Source: Candidatus Eiseniibacteriota bacterium (GTDB lineage Bacteria; Eisenbacteria; RBG-16-71-46; JABDJR01). From it: a DNA stretch of 64,000 bases. Shown here piece by piece: positions 24,616 to 34,606 of this stretch. The notes beneath the pieces were generated by a model, which was given only the letters and a program-made list of their open reading frames with translations, did no database searches and was not told the origin of the DNA. The DNA is taken from assembly GCA_963762255.1 (NCBI GenBank), contig CAVXKA010000003.1, positions 448,001 to 512,000 of the forward strand, written 5' to 3'. The translations under genes were made by a program, and so were the position numbers. How positions within the stretch are numbered: the stretch's first letter is position 1; every line of letters begins with the position of its first letter.

Positions 24616-25760
24616 CGCGGGGTCCGATTCGCCGGGGCGCGCGTCAACCGCGCGCATGCCTCCACGAACGCATCGACTTCGGCCTCGGTGTTGCCAGGGC
24701 CGAGGCTCACACGCACCGCGGTGCGCGCGCGCTCCGGTGAGAACCCCATGGCCAGGAGCACGGGGCTCGGCGTCTCGGCGCCCGACGCGCAGGCGGAACC
24801 GGCCGACACCGCGAAGCCATCGAGATCGAGCGCGGTCACGAGATCCGCGCCGACGCTCTCATCGAAGGTGAAGTGCGCGGTGTTGGGGAGACGGGGACTC
24901 GATGCCCCGGTCACGCGCGCGGAGGGCATCCGCTCGATCATCCGCTCCTCGAGCCGCTCCCGCAGCGCAGCGATCTCGACAGCGGAACGCGCCATCGACG
25001 TCATCGCCGCCTCGGCCGCAGCCGCAAACCCCACGATGCCGGCAACGTTGATGGTCCCCCCCCGCCGGCCCTGCTCCTGCGTACCGGGAATCAGGGGTTC
25101 GATGCGCAGACCGCGCCGGATCCAGAGGGCACCCACCCCCTGGGGTCCTCCGAGCTTGTGCGCCGCCAGGGATACGAGATCTGCATTCCAGGCTTCGGCC
25201 TCCAGCGGCACTTTGCCGGCACTCTGAACTGCGTCGGTGTGGAAGAGCACGCCGAGGCGCCGGCACCGCGCCCCCACCTCGGCCACAGGTTGTAGCACAC
25301 CGGTCTCGTTGTTGGCGTGCAGGAGCGAGACCATCACCGTGTCCGGTCGGATCGCCCGCTCGATGTCCTCGACCGAGACCCGTCCGGTCATGCCGAGCGG
25401 AGGGACTCGCGTGATCTCCCACCCCTCGCCCTCGAGGATCCCTTCGGCAGCGCGCCCCGCTGCGTGCTCGATGGCCGAGACGACAAGGTGGCGGCCCTTC
25501 CCGGCGCCGGCTCGGCAGGCTCCCGTCACGCCGGTCACCACCGCCTCGGTGCCCGAACCGACAAAGATCACGTCACCGTGTGTGCCCCCGGCTAGATCGC
25601 GAATCACGCGCCGGGCGCGGTCCGCCGCCGACGCCGCGCGCTGTCCATAGAGGTGCGCGCTGGCGGCGTTACCTACCCACCCCGCGAGGTACGGCCCCAT
25701 GGCGTCTAGTGCGCGAGGCCCGAGCGGAGAGGTGGCATTGTGGTCGAAGTAGACGTTCAT
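24612..25760 (-). CDS. iscS: Cysteine desulfurase, IscS/NifS (group I) family
   Basis: YFDHNATSP, ANNETG, HTDAVQ, AHKLGGPQGVGAL (PLP Lys) and SAGSACASG (catalytic Cys). Confidence 0.88.
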   Translation of the reverse strand: MNVYFDHNATSPLGPRALDAMGPYLAGWVGNAASAHLYGQRAASAADRARRVIRDLAGGTHGDVIFVGSGTEAVVTGVTGACRAGAGKGRHLVVSAIEHAAGRAAEGILEGEGWEITRVPPLGMTGRVSVEDIERAIRPDTVMVSLLHANNETGVLQPVAEVGARCRRLGVLFHTDAVQSAGKVPLEAEAWNADLVSLAAHKLGGPQGVGALWIRRGLRIEPLIPGTQEQGRRGGTINVAGIVGFAAAAEAAMTSMARSAVEIAALRERLEERMIERMPSARVTGASSPRLPNTAHFTFDESVGADLVTALDLDGFAVSAGSACASGAETPSPVLLAMGFSPERARTAVRVSLGPGNTEAEVDAFVEACARLTRAPANRTPR

Positions 25761-25780
25761 CGGCGCGGACGAACCGTGCG

Positions 25781-26494
25781 CTAGGGTTGCGCCTGCACTT
25801 TCACGGTCGTCATCTCCACGCGTTGCAGTGCGCGCCAGGTGTCCGGTCCCGCGCTCTTCACGCGCGAGATCTTGTCCACCACGTCCATGCCCTCCACCAC
25901 CTGGCCGAACACCGTGTAGCCGCCGCGATCCAAGGCAGGGAGATCGGCGAGGCAGATGTAGAACTGGCTGCCGTTCGACTCTCGATCGGGGTTCACCGCA
26001 TCGCTGTGACGCCCGGCCGCCACCGCCCCCCGCACGTGCTTGCGCACGATCTCGGGAGCGGTGCTGTACCCCGGCCCGCCCGAGCCGAGCCGAGGGCTCC
26101 TCCAATCGCTCTTGGAGATGGGATCGCCTCCCTGCACGATGAACGACGGCACGATGCGATGAAACGTGGTGCCGTCGTAGTAGCCCCTCTCCACCAGCTT
26201 CAGGAAGTTCTGGACGTGCAGAGGGGCATCGCCCGGGTACAGCTCCACGACAAAGGTCCCGAGGGAGGTGCGCTTGCCGTCGTCGCCATCCAGCGACACC
26301 GCAATCGACACCCGCGGATTCCCGCCCGCAACAGCGCCGGCAGGGGTTCCGGCGCTATCCGAGGCGGCCTCGCCCTCGCCCTGTGCCAGGGCCGTGCCCG
26401 AACCGGCAAGCGCCAGCACGCCGCCGAGCATCCCCACCGTGAGGAGACCCCGTAACACCGAAGCGCTACCCCCCACCGTCTGCCTCGTTCTCAT
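25781..26494 (-). CDS. Exported cyclophilin-type peptidyl-prolyl isomerase
   Basis: Signal peptide; NFLKLV..GYYDGTTFHR, VQGGDP, NGSQFYI and YTVFGQVVEGMDVV. Confidence 0.9.
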   Translation of the reverse strand: MRTRQTVGGSASVLRGLLTVGMLGGVLALAGSGTALAQGEGEAASDSAGTPAGAVAGGNPRVSIAVSLDGDDGKRTSLGTFVVELYPGDAPLHVQNFLKLVERGYYDGTTFHRIVPSFIVQGGDPISKSDWRSPRLGSGGPGYSTAPEIVRKHVRGAVAAGRHSDAVNPDRESNGSQFYICLADLPALDRGGYTVFGQVVEGMDVVDKISRVKSAGPDTWRALQRVEMTTVKVQAQP

Positions 26495-27763
26495 TTCGTG
26501 CCGCCCTGCTGGGCCTTGGCCTTGGTCTGCTTGGCGATCTCGATCAGTTGGTCGAGCCGGGCCATGCGTTTGCGCGCGTATTCGCCGAAGTTCGCGTCGC
26601 CGAGCGCGGTTTGGAGCTTGAGCTTGGCATCGCCGTAGGTGCTGATGCTCCGATCGTAGTCGTAGGCGTCTCGCAGAAGCGAGTCGCCCTTGTACTCGAG
26701 CCCCTGGCCCCAGATCACGTAGAGACATCCGGTGACAGGCGCGTTCTCCGAGATGCCCCGCTTCGCGATCTCGATGGCTTTCTCGTAGTTCTTCACTTCG
26801 AGGTACATGAAACCGAGATTGCAGAGCAACGTGTTCTTGGACGGGTCGGCCTCGATCACCATGAGCAGTTGGTCCGCCGCCTCCTGCGTCTTGCCGAGCT
26901 TCTGCAGCACTTGAGCGTAGATGGAGCGGTCATCCAGCCGCTCGGGGTCGATGTCGAGCAACCGTTTGTACGCCTCGGCTGCCTTCGGCCAGTTCTCCGC
27001 CTTGTAGTAGATGAACGCAAGCCGGCTGGCGACGCTCACGTTCTCCGGATCCTTGACCATCATCTTCTCGTAGACCTGGGCCGCCTCGTCGCGCCGTCCC
27101 AGACCGTAGTAGATCTCGCCAAGAACGTTGTGAACGACAATGTCATCGGGGCAGAACTCCATCACCTTGGTGTAGGCATTGATCGCCTCGTCCATCCGTG
27201 CCTTGTACTCCGGCGATGCGTCGCCCTTCTCCGTCTTCATGCGGTCGGCCATGACGCGCTGGGCGTCCCCGACCTGCGTCCACATCGCGCAGTCCTCCGG
27301 CGTGATGGTCAAGATTTCTTGATAGGTGGTGATGGCATCGTCCATGTCTCCCATCGCCGCTTGGACGTAGGCCACGTTCTTGCGGACCTCGACATCGGTG
27401 GGAGGAAGGAGTTTTTCCAGATCCATATACGTGTCGCAGGGCGTCCTGGTAGTACTCCGCATCCGACTTGGCCATCTCGGCGTAGGCCAGGGCCAAACGC
27501 CGGTAGGCGTCGACGTAGTTGGCGTCCTCGTCGATGGCGAGTTGGAAGGCCTCGACGGCGTCGAGATACTTGAGGTTGTTCATCAACTCCACGCCGCGGA
27601 GGTAATACCGCTGGGCCTTGGTGAGATCCTCCCCCACGTCGCCCTGACCCTGAGCCAGCAGGGCAGGCGACACGGAGGGGGGCGCCGCGTGAACGGCCGG
27701 AGCCGAGACGGTCACAATGCACACCACACCCAGGACGGCCAGCGCCCATGCGGGTCGGTTCAT
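26491..27763 (-). CDS. Exported tetratricopeptide-repeat protein (one frameshift near 27437)
   Basis: ORFs 27143..27781 and 26491..27462 join as YYQDAL/DTYMDLEK if one base is removed; signal peptide and multiple TPR units. Confidence 0.78.
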
Positions 27764-27844
27764 GTTCTGCTCCTTTCGCAAGCCACTCTGTCGTCCGGGT
27801 CCATCGGGGAACGGGATCGACGCACTGCGCGGACCGCGAGACCG

Positions 27845-28546
27845 CTACTTCTTCGGACTCTCTCGCTTCGCCGGCGGGATGGGCGCTTGGATGAAGCGCT
27901 CCAGAATCTTGATGTTATCGTCGGCGTTACGGGCCGCATCGGTCCCGGGAGCCACCTGGACCACCTTGCGCCACCAACTCACCGCTTCGCGGAAGAGACC
28001 GGCATCGGCGAACGCCACCCCGATGTTGTACAGAGCGGAGTGGCATTTCGGATCGATGGCGATCGCCCGTCGATACTCGTACATCGCCTCCGAGTAACGG
28101 CTCATGGCGTAGTACGCGTTGCCCAGGTTGCTGCGGGCGTTGCAGTCCTCGGGGTTGATCGCGAGCGCCTTCTCGAAGGTCAGGATGGCCTCGGTGGACT
28201 CGCTGAGATCGCCGAGGGCGATGCCCAGGTTCACCAGAGCCTCGATGTACTTCGGGTTGAGACGGAGCGCCTCTCCGTACGCGTCCCTGGCCTTCTCGGC
28301 GAAGCCCGCGTCGTAGTAGGCATTCCCGAGCTGGTAGTGGAGGCGGTAGTTTCCAGGGTCCGCCTTGACCTGCTTCTCCAGCTTCGCGATCTTGGCCTTG
28401 TGCTCGGCCTCGGTGCCCGGCGCCTTGGTCACGCCGCTCCCAAGAAGCCCCCCACCCGGCTGGGCGAGAGCGGTGGAAGCGAGCAAGGTCCCGGCAGCGA
28501 CGAGCACGCAGCACACCCCGCGCGCGCGTTGGAACACCCGATTCAT
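27845..28546 (-). CDS. Exported tetratricopeptide-repeat protein
   Basis: Signal peptide (ALA-Q) followed by four TPR repeats (LGNAYY...A...Y..AL.LNP). Confidence 0.88.
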   Translation of the reverse strand: MNRVFQRARGVCCVLVAAGTLLASTALAQPGGGLLGSGVTKAPGTEAEHKAKIAKLEKQVKADPGNYRLHYQLGNAYYDAGFAEKARDAYGEALRLNPKYIEALVNLGIALGDLSESTEAILTFEKALAINPEDCNARSNLGNAYYAMSRYSEAMYEYRRAIAIDPKCHSALYNIGVAFADAGLFREAVSWWRKVVQVAPGTDAARNADDNIKILERFIQAPIPPAKRESPKK

Positions 28547-28620
28547 GGATTCACTCTTTCCCCTGTGGAAGCCCGGAAGAGGTCGAGGAAGGGATGCGCT
28601 CTTACGATTCGCAGGGTTGG

Positions 28621-28649
28621 ATTCTAGGTGGCACCCCGAGGGGTGTCAA
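28621..28649 (-). promoter_or_regulatory. Sigma70 promoter for the TPR-TPR-ppi-iscS-mnmA run
   Basis: The minus strand reads TTGACA-N17-TAGAAT, 75 bp upstream of ATG 28546. Confidence 0.75.
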
Positions 28650-28789
28650 CCGAGAGGCCTCTGCAGCGCGCTCCCAACTTCCGGCCTTTTCTGGCGTTAC
28701 CGGCCCCGTATACGGGACGGGATACCCCCCCTCAGGAGAGGCTATTCCTAACCGCTCGCGCGCCGGGAAGGGGCTGGCGGCCCGAGGCG

Positions 28790-31345
28790 TCAGTACCAGG
28801 CGATCAGGTTGATCTCGTTGGGGACGAGAGCATCGGGGTGAACGGGGCGCACCCGCACCGCGTAGCCGTACAGACCGCTCTCGGCGCACGGGACGACGCC
28901 CTCGTACCACCAGGAACCGCCCTCCTGACGGGCCATCTTGAGCGCGGTGGCGTTCCCATCCTTGACCTCCCGGTCCACCGACGCCAAACCGTGGTACAGC
29001 TCCACGCTCACCTGATCCGGCTTGAGGGAACCGAGCTGGAGCTTGACCCGGACCGACACCTCGTTGCCCACGTGGAGATCGTTCTGCGTCCCCTGCTCGA
29101 CCGCCTCGATGCGCACTTCGCTCCAGTGCTGGGTCACGAACCGCTTCCACGCCACCAGATCCTTCACGCGGCGCAGATCGCCGCGCAGAAAGTCCCCGGA
29201 GCGCGCCGCGGCAGGAATGTAGAAACGCTCGACGTACTCGCCCACCATCCGGTTGGTGTTGAACACCGGCAGGAGCTGCATCATCGCGGTCTTCATCTTG
29301 GCCGCCCAGTCCGCGGGAAAGGCGTTACCCGAGCGCTTGTAGTAGAGCGGCACGACCTCCCGCTCCAGAAGCTGGTAGAGGGCGTTCGCCTCCACGTCGT
29401 CCTGGTACTCGGGATCGTCGTACGTCTCTCCGTGCCCGATCGCCCACCCGACCTCGTTGTTGAATCCCTCATCCCACCATCCGTCCAGGATGGAGAGGTT
29501 GAGGATCCCGTTGGCGGCGGCCTTCATCCCGCTCGTGCCACTCGCCTCGAGAGGCCGGCGCGGCGTGTTGAGCCACACGTCCACACCCTGCACCAAATAG
29601 CTGGCCACGTTCATGTCGTAGTTTTCGATGAACGCCACCGAGTTGCGCATGTCGACGCCGCGGGCGAAATTGGCGAGCTGCTTCACCAGTTCCTTCCCCG
29701 CGCTGTCGGCGGGGTGGGCCTTGCCGGCGAAGATGAGCTGCACCGGCATGTCCGCGGAATGGATGATCCGCTTGATGCGATCGAGATCGCGCAGGATCAG
29801 GGTGGCCCGCTTGTAGGAGGCGAACCGGCGGGCGAAGCCGATGGTGAGCGCCTCCGGGTTCAGGATCTTGCGCGCTTCCTCGATTTCCTTGCCGGGAGCG
29901 CCGCGGCTGCGCATCTGCTGCGCGACCCGCCCCCGTGCGAAGTTCACCAACCGCTCCTTCGCGGCCATGTGAGTGCGCCAGAGTTCCTCGTCGGGGATCT
30001 CCCCCACCCGCTGCCACACCGACATGTCGACCGGATTGTCCGACCAGCCGGGCCCCAGGTAGCGGCGGAAGAGCTCGAACATCTCGGGTGAGAGCCAGGA
30101 GCGGGTGTGGATGCCGTTGGTGATGCTCTCCACCGGCACCTCGGCCTCGGGATAGCCCTTCCACTCCCCCTCCCACATGCTCCGCGACACCTCGCCGTGG
30201 AGACGGCTCACCGCGTTGCGGTAGGTGCTGTTGCGGACGGCGAAGAGAGCCATATTGAACGGCTGGCCGGCGTCGTCCGGGTTGGTGCGCCCGAGCCGGG
30301 CCAGCGCGTCGAAGGAGATGCCGAGCTCGGCGGCGTAGGACTCGAAGTAACGGCGCAGGAGCTGCGGATCGAAGATGTCGAAACCCGCCGCCACCGGAGT
30401 ATGCGTCGTGAAGATCGAAGACGCCGAGATCACCTCGCGCGCGGTCTCGAAGTCGAGCTTGCGCTCGCTCATGATCTGGCGGATGCGCTCGAGCATGAGA
30501 AACGCGGCGTGGCCCTCGTTGATGTGGCACACGTCGGGGTTGATGCCAAGAAGCCGGAGCGCGCGCATCCCTCCGATGCCCAGCACGATCTCGTGCTGGA
30601 TTCGGGTCTCCTTGTCGCCGCCGTAGAGCTGACGGGTGATCCGCTGATCCTCGGGGGTGTTCTCCGGAATGTTCGAGTCGAGGAGATAGAGCGGCACGCG
30701 TCCAACCTGCGCGGTCCAGATCTGGAGCTTGACCTCCCGGCCGGGGAAGGGCACCGAGACCAGCGCCGCCTTCCCCTGGGCGTTGAGTTCCAGCTCGAGT
30801 GGCATGTTGTAGAAGTCGTTCTCGGGGTAGGCTTCCTGTTGCCATCCGTCGGCGTTGAGGTATTGATTCAGGTAGCCGACCTTGTAGGCCAGTCCCACGC
30901 CGACCAGCGGCACGCCGAGCTCGCTCGCCGACTTCAGGTGATCGCCGGCAAGGACGCCCAGGCCGCCTGAGTAAAACGGCAGACACTCGGTGAGCCCGAA
31001 CTCCGCGCTGAAGTAGCCCACGGTCAGGTCGTTGAAGTCGCGATGGTAGCGTTGGAACCACGCGGAGCGGGCCAGAAGCTCCTGCAGGGCCTGGTGGGCC
31101 TGGTCGAGATGCGCGAGGAAGACGGGGTCGTCCGCCGCCCAATCGAGACGCCGCTGGCTGATCGTGCCCAACATGCGCACCGGGTTGTGCCCGGTCTGCT
31201 CCCACAGATCCCGGTCGAGGCGCTGGAAGAGCTCCGCGGTCTCGGGATGCCAGACCCATCGAAGGTTGAACGCCACACGGCGGAGCTTGTCGAGGCGCTC
31301 GGGGAGCGCCGGCTTTACGTGCAGAAGCTGGAAACGCGGGGCCAT
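28790..31345 (-). CDS. glgP: Alpha-glucan (glycogen/maltodextrin) phosphorylase, GT35
   Basis: YFSAEFGL, YSGGLGVLAGDHLKSAS, HINEGH, FTTHTPV, GFARRF..YKR and EASGTSGMKA. Confidence 0.96.
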   Translation of the reverse strand: MAPRFQLLHVKPALPERLDKLRRVAFNLRWVWHPETAELFQRLDRDLWEQTGHNPVRMLGTISQRRLDWAADDPVFLAHLDQAHQALQELLARSAWFQRYHRDFNDLTVGYFSAEFGLTECLPFYSGGLGVLAGDHLKSASELGVPLVGVGLAYKVGYLNQYLNADGWQQEAYPENDFYNMPLELELNAQGKAALVSVPFPGREVKLQIWTAQVGRVPLYLLDSNIPENTPEDQRITRQLYGGDKETRIQHEIVLGIGGMRALRLLGINPDVCHINEGHAAFLMLERIRQIMSERKLDFETAREVISASSIFTTHTPVAAGFDIFDPQLLRRYFESYAAELGISFDALARLGRTNPDDAGQPFNMALFAVRNSTYRNAVSRLHGEVSRSMWEGEWKGYPEAEVPVESITNGIHTRSWLSPEMFELFRRYLGPGWSDNPVDMSVWQRVGEIPDEELWRTHMAAKERLVNFARGRVAQQMRSRGAPGKEIEEARKILNPEALTIGFARRFASYKRATLILRDLDRIKRIIHSADMPVQLIFAGKAHPADSAGKELVKQLANFARGVDMRNSVAFIENYDMNVASYLVQGVDVWLNTPRRPLEASGTSGMKAAANGILNLSILDGWWDEGFNNEVGWAIGHGETYDDPEYQDDVEANALYQLLEREVVPLYYKRSGNAFPADWAAKMKTAMMQLLPVFNTNRMVGEYVERFYIPAAARSGDFLRGDLRRVKDLVAWKRFVTQHWSEVRIEAVEQGTQNDLHVGNEVSVRVKLQLGSLKPDQVSVELYHGLASVDREVKDGNATALKMARQEGGSWWYEGVVPCAESGLYGYAVRVRPVHPDALVPNEINLIAWY

Positions 31346-31518
31346 CGTTTCTCCTTACACCAGGGATCGGCGGGAGGCGCGATCTGCCGGACACGGGGGC
31401 CTCGCCGCCGGGGGCATCCGTGGGAACGGCCATCCAGTTTAGACCGGTCTACCCCTCCTCGGGCACCCCTTGCTTCTCATTATCGGACGGGCGCCCCGCG
31501 GCGTGAGGGGGGGCCTTA

Positions 31519-32508
31519 TCACCCCACCCGCGCTCGCAGGTCCAGAAGAAGGCCGTCCAGAACGCCGACTCCCGGGACCAGGATGACCCCTGCCTCCGCG
31601 ATCTCGGCGAGGCGGGCGTAGACGAGGGCGGCGGGGACGATCACGTCGGCGCGGTCCTCGGGCAGGCCAAGCTCCTCGACGCGCCGGCGCAGGGACAGAC
31701 GGCTGAGATCCTCAGCCAGACGGCGTACCTCCTCCACCGGCAAGGTGGCAACACCGCGGCTGTCCGGGGAGAGCCCCGCGAGGATCGCCAGCGATGTGAT
31801 ACCGCCGCCGATTCCGACGCATCCGCGCGGGGGCATCCCGGCGGGTAAGAGCGTGATGGGAAGATGGTGAGCCACGATCTCTCGCAGTCGCCCGAGGTCG
31901 GCAACTCCCGTCGGCCGGGCCGCGCCGAGGCGCACCGCCCCCAGAGCGCGGGAGACGGTCCAGAGGATCTCCTCTCGGGTCGCGAGCGACACTTCGAGGC
32001 TCCCCCCTCCGAGATCGCCGAGGAGCCATACATCCTTCCCCATCGGGATCCGGTCGCGCACCGCCAGGTGCACGAGCCGGGCCTCCTCGGCGGAGTCGAT
32101 AACGTCGAGCTCGAGACCGGTGCGCTCGCGAACACGGGCGAGGAAATCCGCCGCGTTGGCGGCCTCGCGTACCGCGCTGGTGGCCACCGCGCGGTAGCCC
32201 TGGATCCCCAAGCCGTCCATTCGCGCGCGGAATTCCGACAGGGCTTCCAGCGCGGCGTCCATGGCCTCCGTGGAGAGGCTCCCGCCGTCGAAGACACCCC
32301 GCCCAAGACGCACGGGCGCTCGGGTGAAAGCAAGGCGGGTGGTGCGCCGCGCATTCACGAACACCGCGGCGGCGAATCGAATCGCGTTGGAGCCGACGTC
32401 AATGACGGCGGCTCGGAAGGGATAGGGGGACGGGCCCGGCGCGGGCCGTGGAGTCCGACCGGAGGCGTGACGTGAAGCTCGGCTCGCGCCCGCGTGTGGA
32501 GTTCTCAT
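31519..32508 (-). CDS. ppx: Ppx/GppA family phosphatase (short form)
   Basis: IDVGSNAIR, AVATSAVREAAN, EEARL, DLGGGSLE and RADVIVP. The start position is uncertain. Confidence 0.85.
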   Translation of the reverse strand: MRTPHAGASRASRHASGRTPRPAPGPSPYPFRAAVIDVGSNAIRFAAAVFVNARRTTRLAFTRAPVRLGRGVFDGGSLSTEAMDAALEALSEFRARMDGLGIQGYRAVATSAVREAANAADFLARVRERTGLELDVIDSAEEARLVHLAVRDRIPMGKDVWLLGDLGGGSLEVSLATREEILWTVSRALGAVRLGAARPTGVADLGRLREIVAHHLPITLLPAGMPPRGCVGIGGGITSLAILAGLSPDSRGVATLPVEEVRRLAEDLSRLSLRRRVEELGLPEDRADVIVPAALVYARLAEIAEAGVILVPGVGVLDGLLLDLRARVG

Positions 32509-32615
32509 CCCGCCAGTTATACGCGAGCGCATCGCGCTTTGCAGCCGGTTTGTCGTGTACACTCTGGATCCCGCCCGCTCGCCTCCCGCTCTCCCCGCCG
32601 AAGGATCGGCGCTTC

Positions 32616-34130
32616 ATGCTCGCTCAAGTTCGAACCGTGGCCCTCTGGGGCATCGACGTTGTCCCCATCACCGTGGAGGTGGACGCCGGCGACGGCCTTC
32701 CCCGCACCACCATCGTCGGCCTCCCCGACAGCACCGTGCGCGAGAGCCAGGAACGCCTGGTCGCCGCGTTCAAGCACTCCGGCTTCGAGCTTCCGCCCGG
32801 CCGGGTGACGGTCAACCTCTCCCCCACCGATCTGCGAAAGAGCGGCTCGCACTACGATCTGCCCATCGCGATCGCATTACGTTTGGCGGCGGGGACGGCG
32901 CCGCACGCGGGCGTCGACGGTCTCGTGTTCCTGGGCGAAGTCTCTCTGGACGGAACGCTGCGCCCCGTGACCGGCGTGCTCCCCGCCGCGCGCTGGGCGC
33001 GCAGGGTGGGCGCTCGCGGTCTGGTGGTGCCGGAGGAGAACCGCGCTGAGGCGGCGGCGGGGGGCGTCCCGGTGTGGCCCGTGCGCACGCTCGCCGACGC
33101 GTTCTCGGTGGTCTGGGAGGGGCGGCCCCCCGAGCCGCCGGAGGGCGATCTGCCCCCGCCGAGCGAGGAGAGCTGCGGCGATCTCGCGGACGTGCGCGGC
33201 CAGGCGCCGGCCAAGCGCGCTCTCGAAGTGGCGGCGGCCGGAGGGCACAATCTGCTCTTCGTGGGCCCGCCGGGCTCGGGCAAGACGATTCTCGCCCGGC
33301 GGGTTCCGGGATTGCTGCCCGCTCTGGACGGCGACGACGCCATCGAGGCCACCTGCATCCACTCCGCCGCGGGACTCCTCCGCCCGGGGCAAGGCCTGTT
33401 GCGCCTGCCTCCGTTTCGCGCGCCCCATCACACGATCTCGGCCACCGCGCTCGTCGGCGGCGGCCCCGCGCCGCGGCCGGGTGAAGTGAGCCTCGCCCAC
33501 CATGGCATCCTGTTTCTGGATGAGTTCGCCGAGTTTCGCCGCGACGCCATGGAGGCGCTTCGGCAGCCGCTGGAGGAGGGGCGCGCCGTGGTGGCAAGAG
33601 CGCGCTACACCGTGGCTTTTCCCGCACGATTCACGCTGGTCGCAGCAACGAATCCCTGCGCATGCGGGCACTCGGGCGATCCGCTGCGCGTCTGCCGCTG
33701 CACGCCGTTCCAGGTGGAACAGTACCGGCGACGCATTTCGGGCCCGTTGCTCGACCGCATCGACCTTCAGATCGAGGTTCCGCGCGTGCGCGTGGAGGAT
33801 CTGTCGTCGGGGGCGCGCGGCGAGCCGTCAGCGCGGGTTGCCGCGCGCGTGCGTGCGGCACGCGATCGGCAGGTGAAACGGCAGGGCCGGTTGAACGGTC
33901 ACCTGGGGTTGAAACCCACCGAGCGCTGGTGCCGCGCGGAGCCGGACGCGCAGCGCTTGCTCGAGCACGCGCTGGAGCGGTTCGGGCTGTCGGCGCGGGC
34001 CTGGCATCGCGTCCTGCGGGTGGCCCGCACGATCGCGGACCTGGAAGGCGGAGAGGCGATCCGAACCGCGCACATCGCCGAGGCTGTGCAGTACCGCGCG
34101 CTGGATCGGAGCACGGTGTTGAGGGACTGA
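32616..34130 (+). CDS. comM: YifB/ComM Mg-chelatase-like AAA+ ATPase
   Basis: IVGLPD..VRES, YDLPIA, GPPGSGKT, PFRAPHHT, GEVSLAH.G.LFLDE, NPCACG, SGPLLDRID and RVARTIADL. Confidence 0.93.
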   Translation: MLAQVRTVALWGIDVVPITVEVDAGDGLPRTTIVGLPDSTVRESQERLVAAFKHSGFELPPGRVTVNLSPTDLRKSGSHYDLPIAIALRLAAGTAPHAGVDGLVFLGEVSLDGTLRPVTGVLPAARWARRVGARGLVVPEENRAEAAAGGVPVWPVRTLADAFSVVWEGRPPEPPEGDLPPPSEESCGDLADVRGQAPAKRALEVAAAGGHNLLFVGPPGSGKTILARRVPGLLPALDGDDAIEATCIHSAAGLLRPGQGLLRLPPFRAPHHTISATALVGGGPAPRPGEVSLAHHGILFLDEFAEFRRDAMEALRQPLEEGRAVVARARYTVAFPARFTLVAATNPCACGHSGDPLRVCRCTPFQVEQYRRRISGPLLDRIDLQIEVPRVRVEDLSSGARGEPSARVAARVRAARDRQVKRQGRLNGHLGLKPTERWCRAEPDAQRLLEHALERFGLSARAWHRVLRVARTIADLEGGEAIRTAHIAEAVQYRALDRSTVLRD

Positions 34131-34179
34131 CCGGACTAGCGGGCGTCGGAATCCAAATCCCCGGCCTCGGGGCGTCCAT

Positions 34180-34560
34180 CTATCCATTGGGCCTTTGGCT
34201 AAGCAGACCCGCGACCGTGGCAAGGAGGCCGGCGAAATCGAACGGCTTGGTAATGTAATCGTCCGCGCCGGAAGCCAGGCCGCGGAGACGCTCGGCTTCC
34301 ATGGTCTCACCGGAGACTAGGACGATCTTGGTGGATTCGAGGTAGTCCCGCTTCCGCATCTGCCGGCACGTCTCGACGCCGTCGATTCCATGCATCCTCA
34401 TGTCCATCAGGATGAGGTCGGGACGGAACTGCTCCGCTGATTCCAGCGCCTCCTCGCCGCTGGCGGCGGTCGCCAGTTCGTAGGCGTCCCCCAGCATCTC
34501 CTCCATAATGGCCCGGATCATGGGATCGTCATCGACGACCAAGACCCTTCCGTTTCGCAT
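34180..34560 (-). CDS. Single-domain response regulator (CheY-like receiver)
   Basis: VLVVDDD, PDLILMD.RM..IDG and GADDYITKPF. Confidence 0.9.
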   Translation of the reverse strand: MRNGRVLVVDDDPMIRAIMEEMLGDAYELATAASGEEALESAEQFRPDLILMDMRMHGIDGVETCRQMRKRDYLESTKIVLVSGETMEAERLRGLASGADDYITKPFDFAGLLATVAGLLSQRPNG

Positions 34561-34606
34561 GCTATCAACCTCCGCTGCCGCAACCGGTCGCCCGACCGGC
34601 CACGCT

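Noticed and set aside
32616-34130. comM as an integration site for a mobile element
   Set aside because: comM is intact, and I found no integrase, att duplication or transposase next to it.
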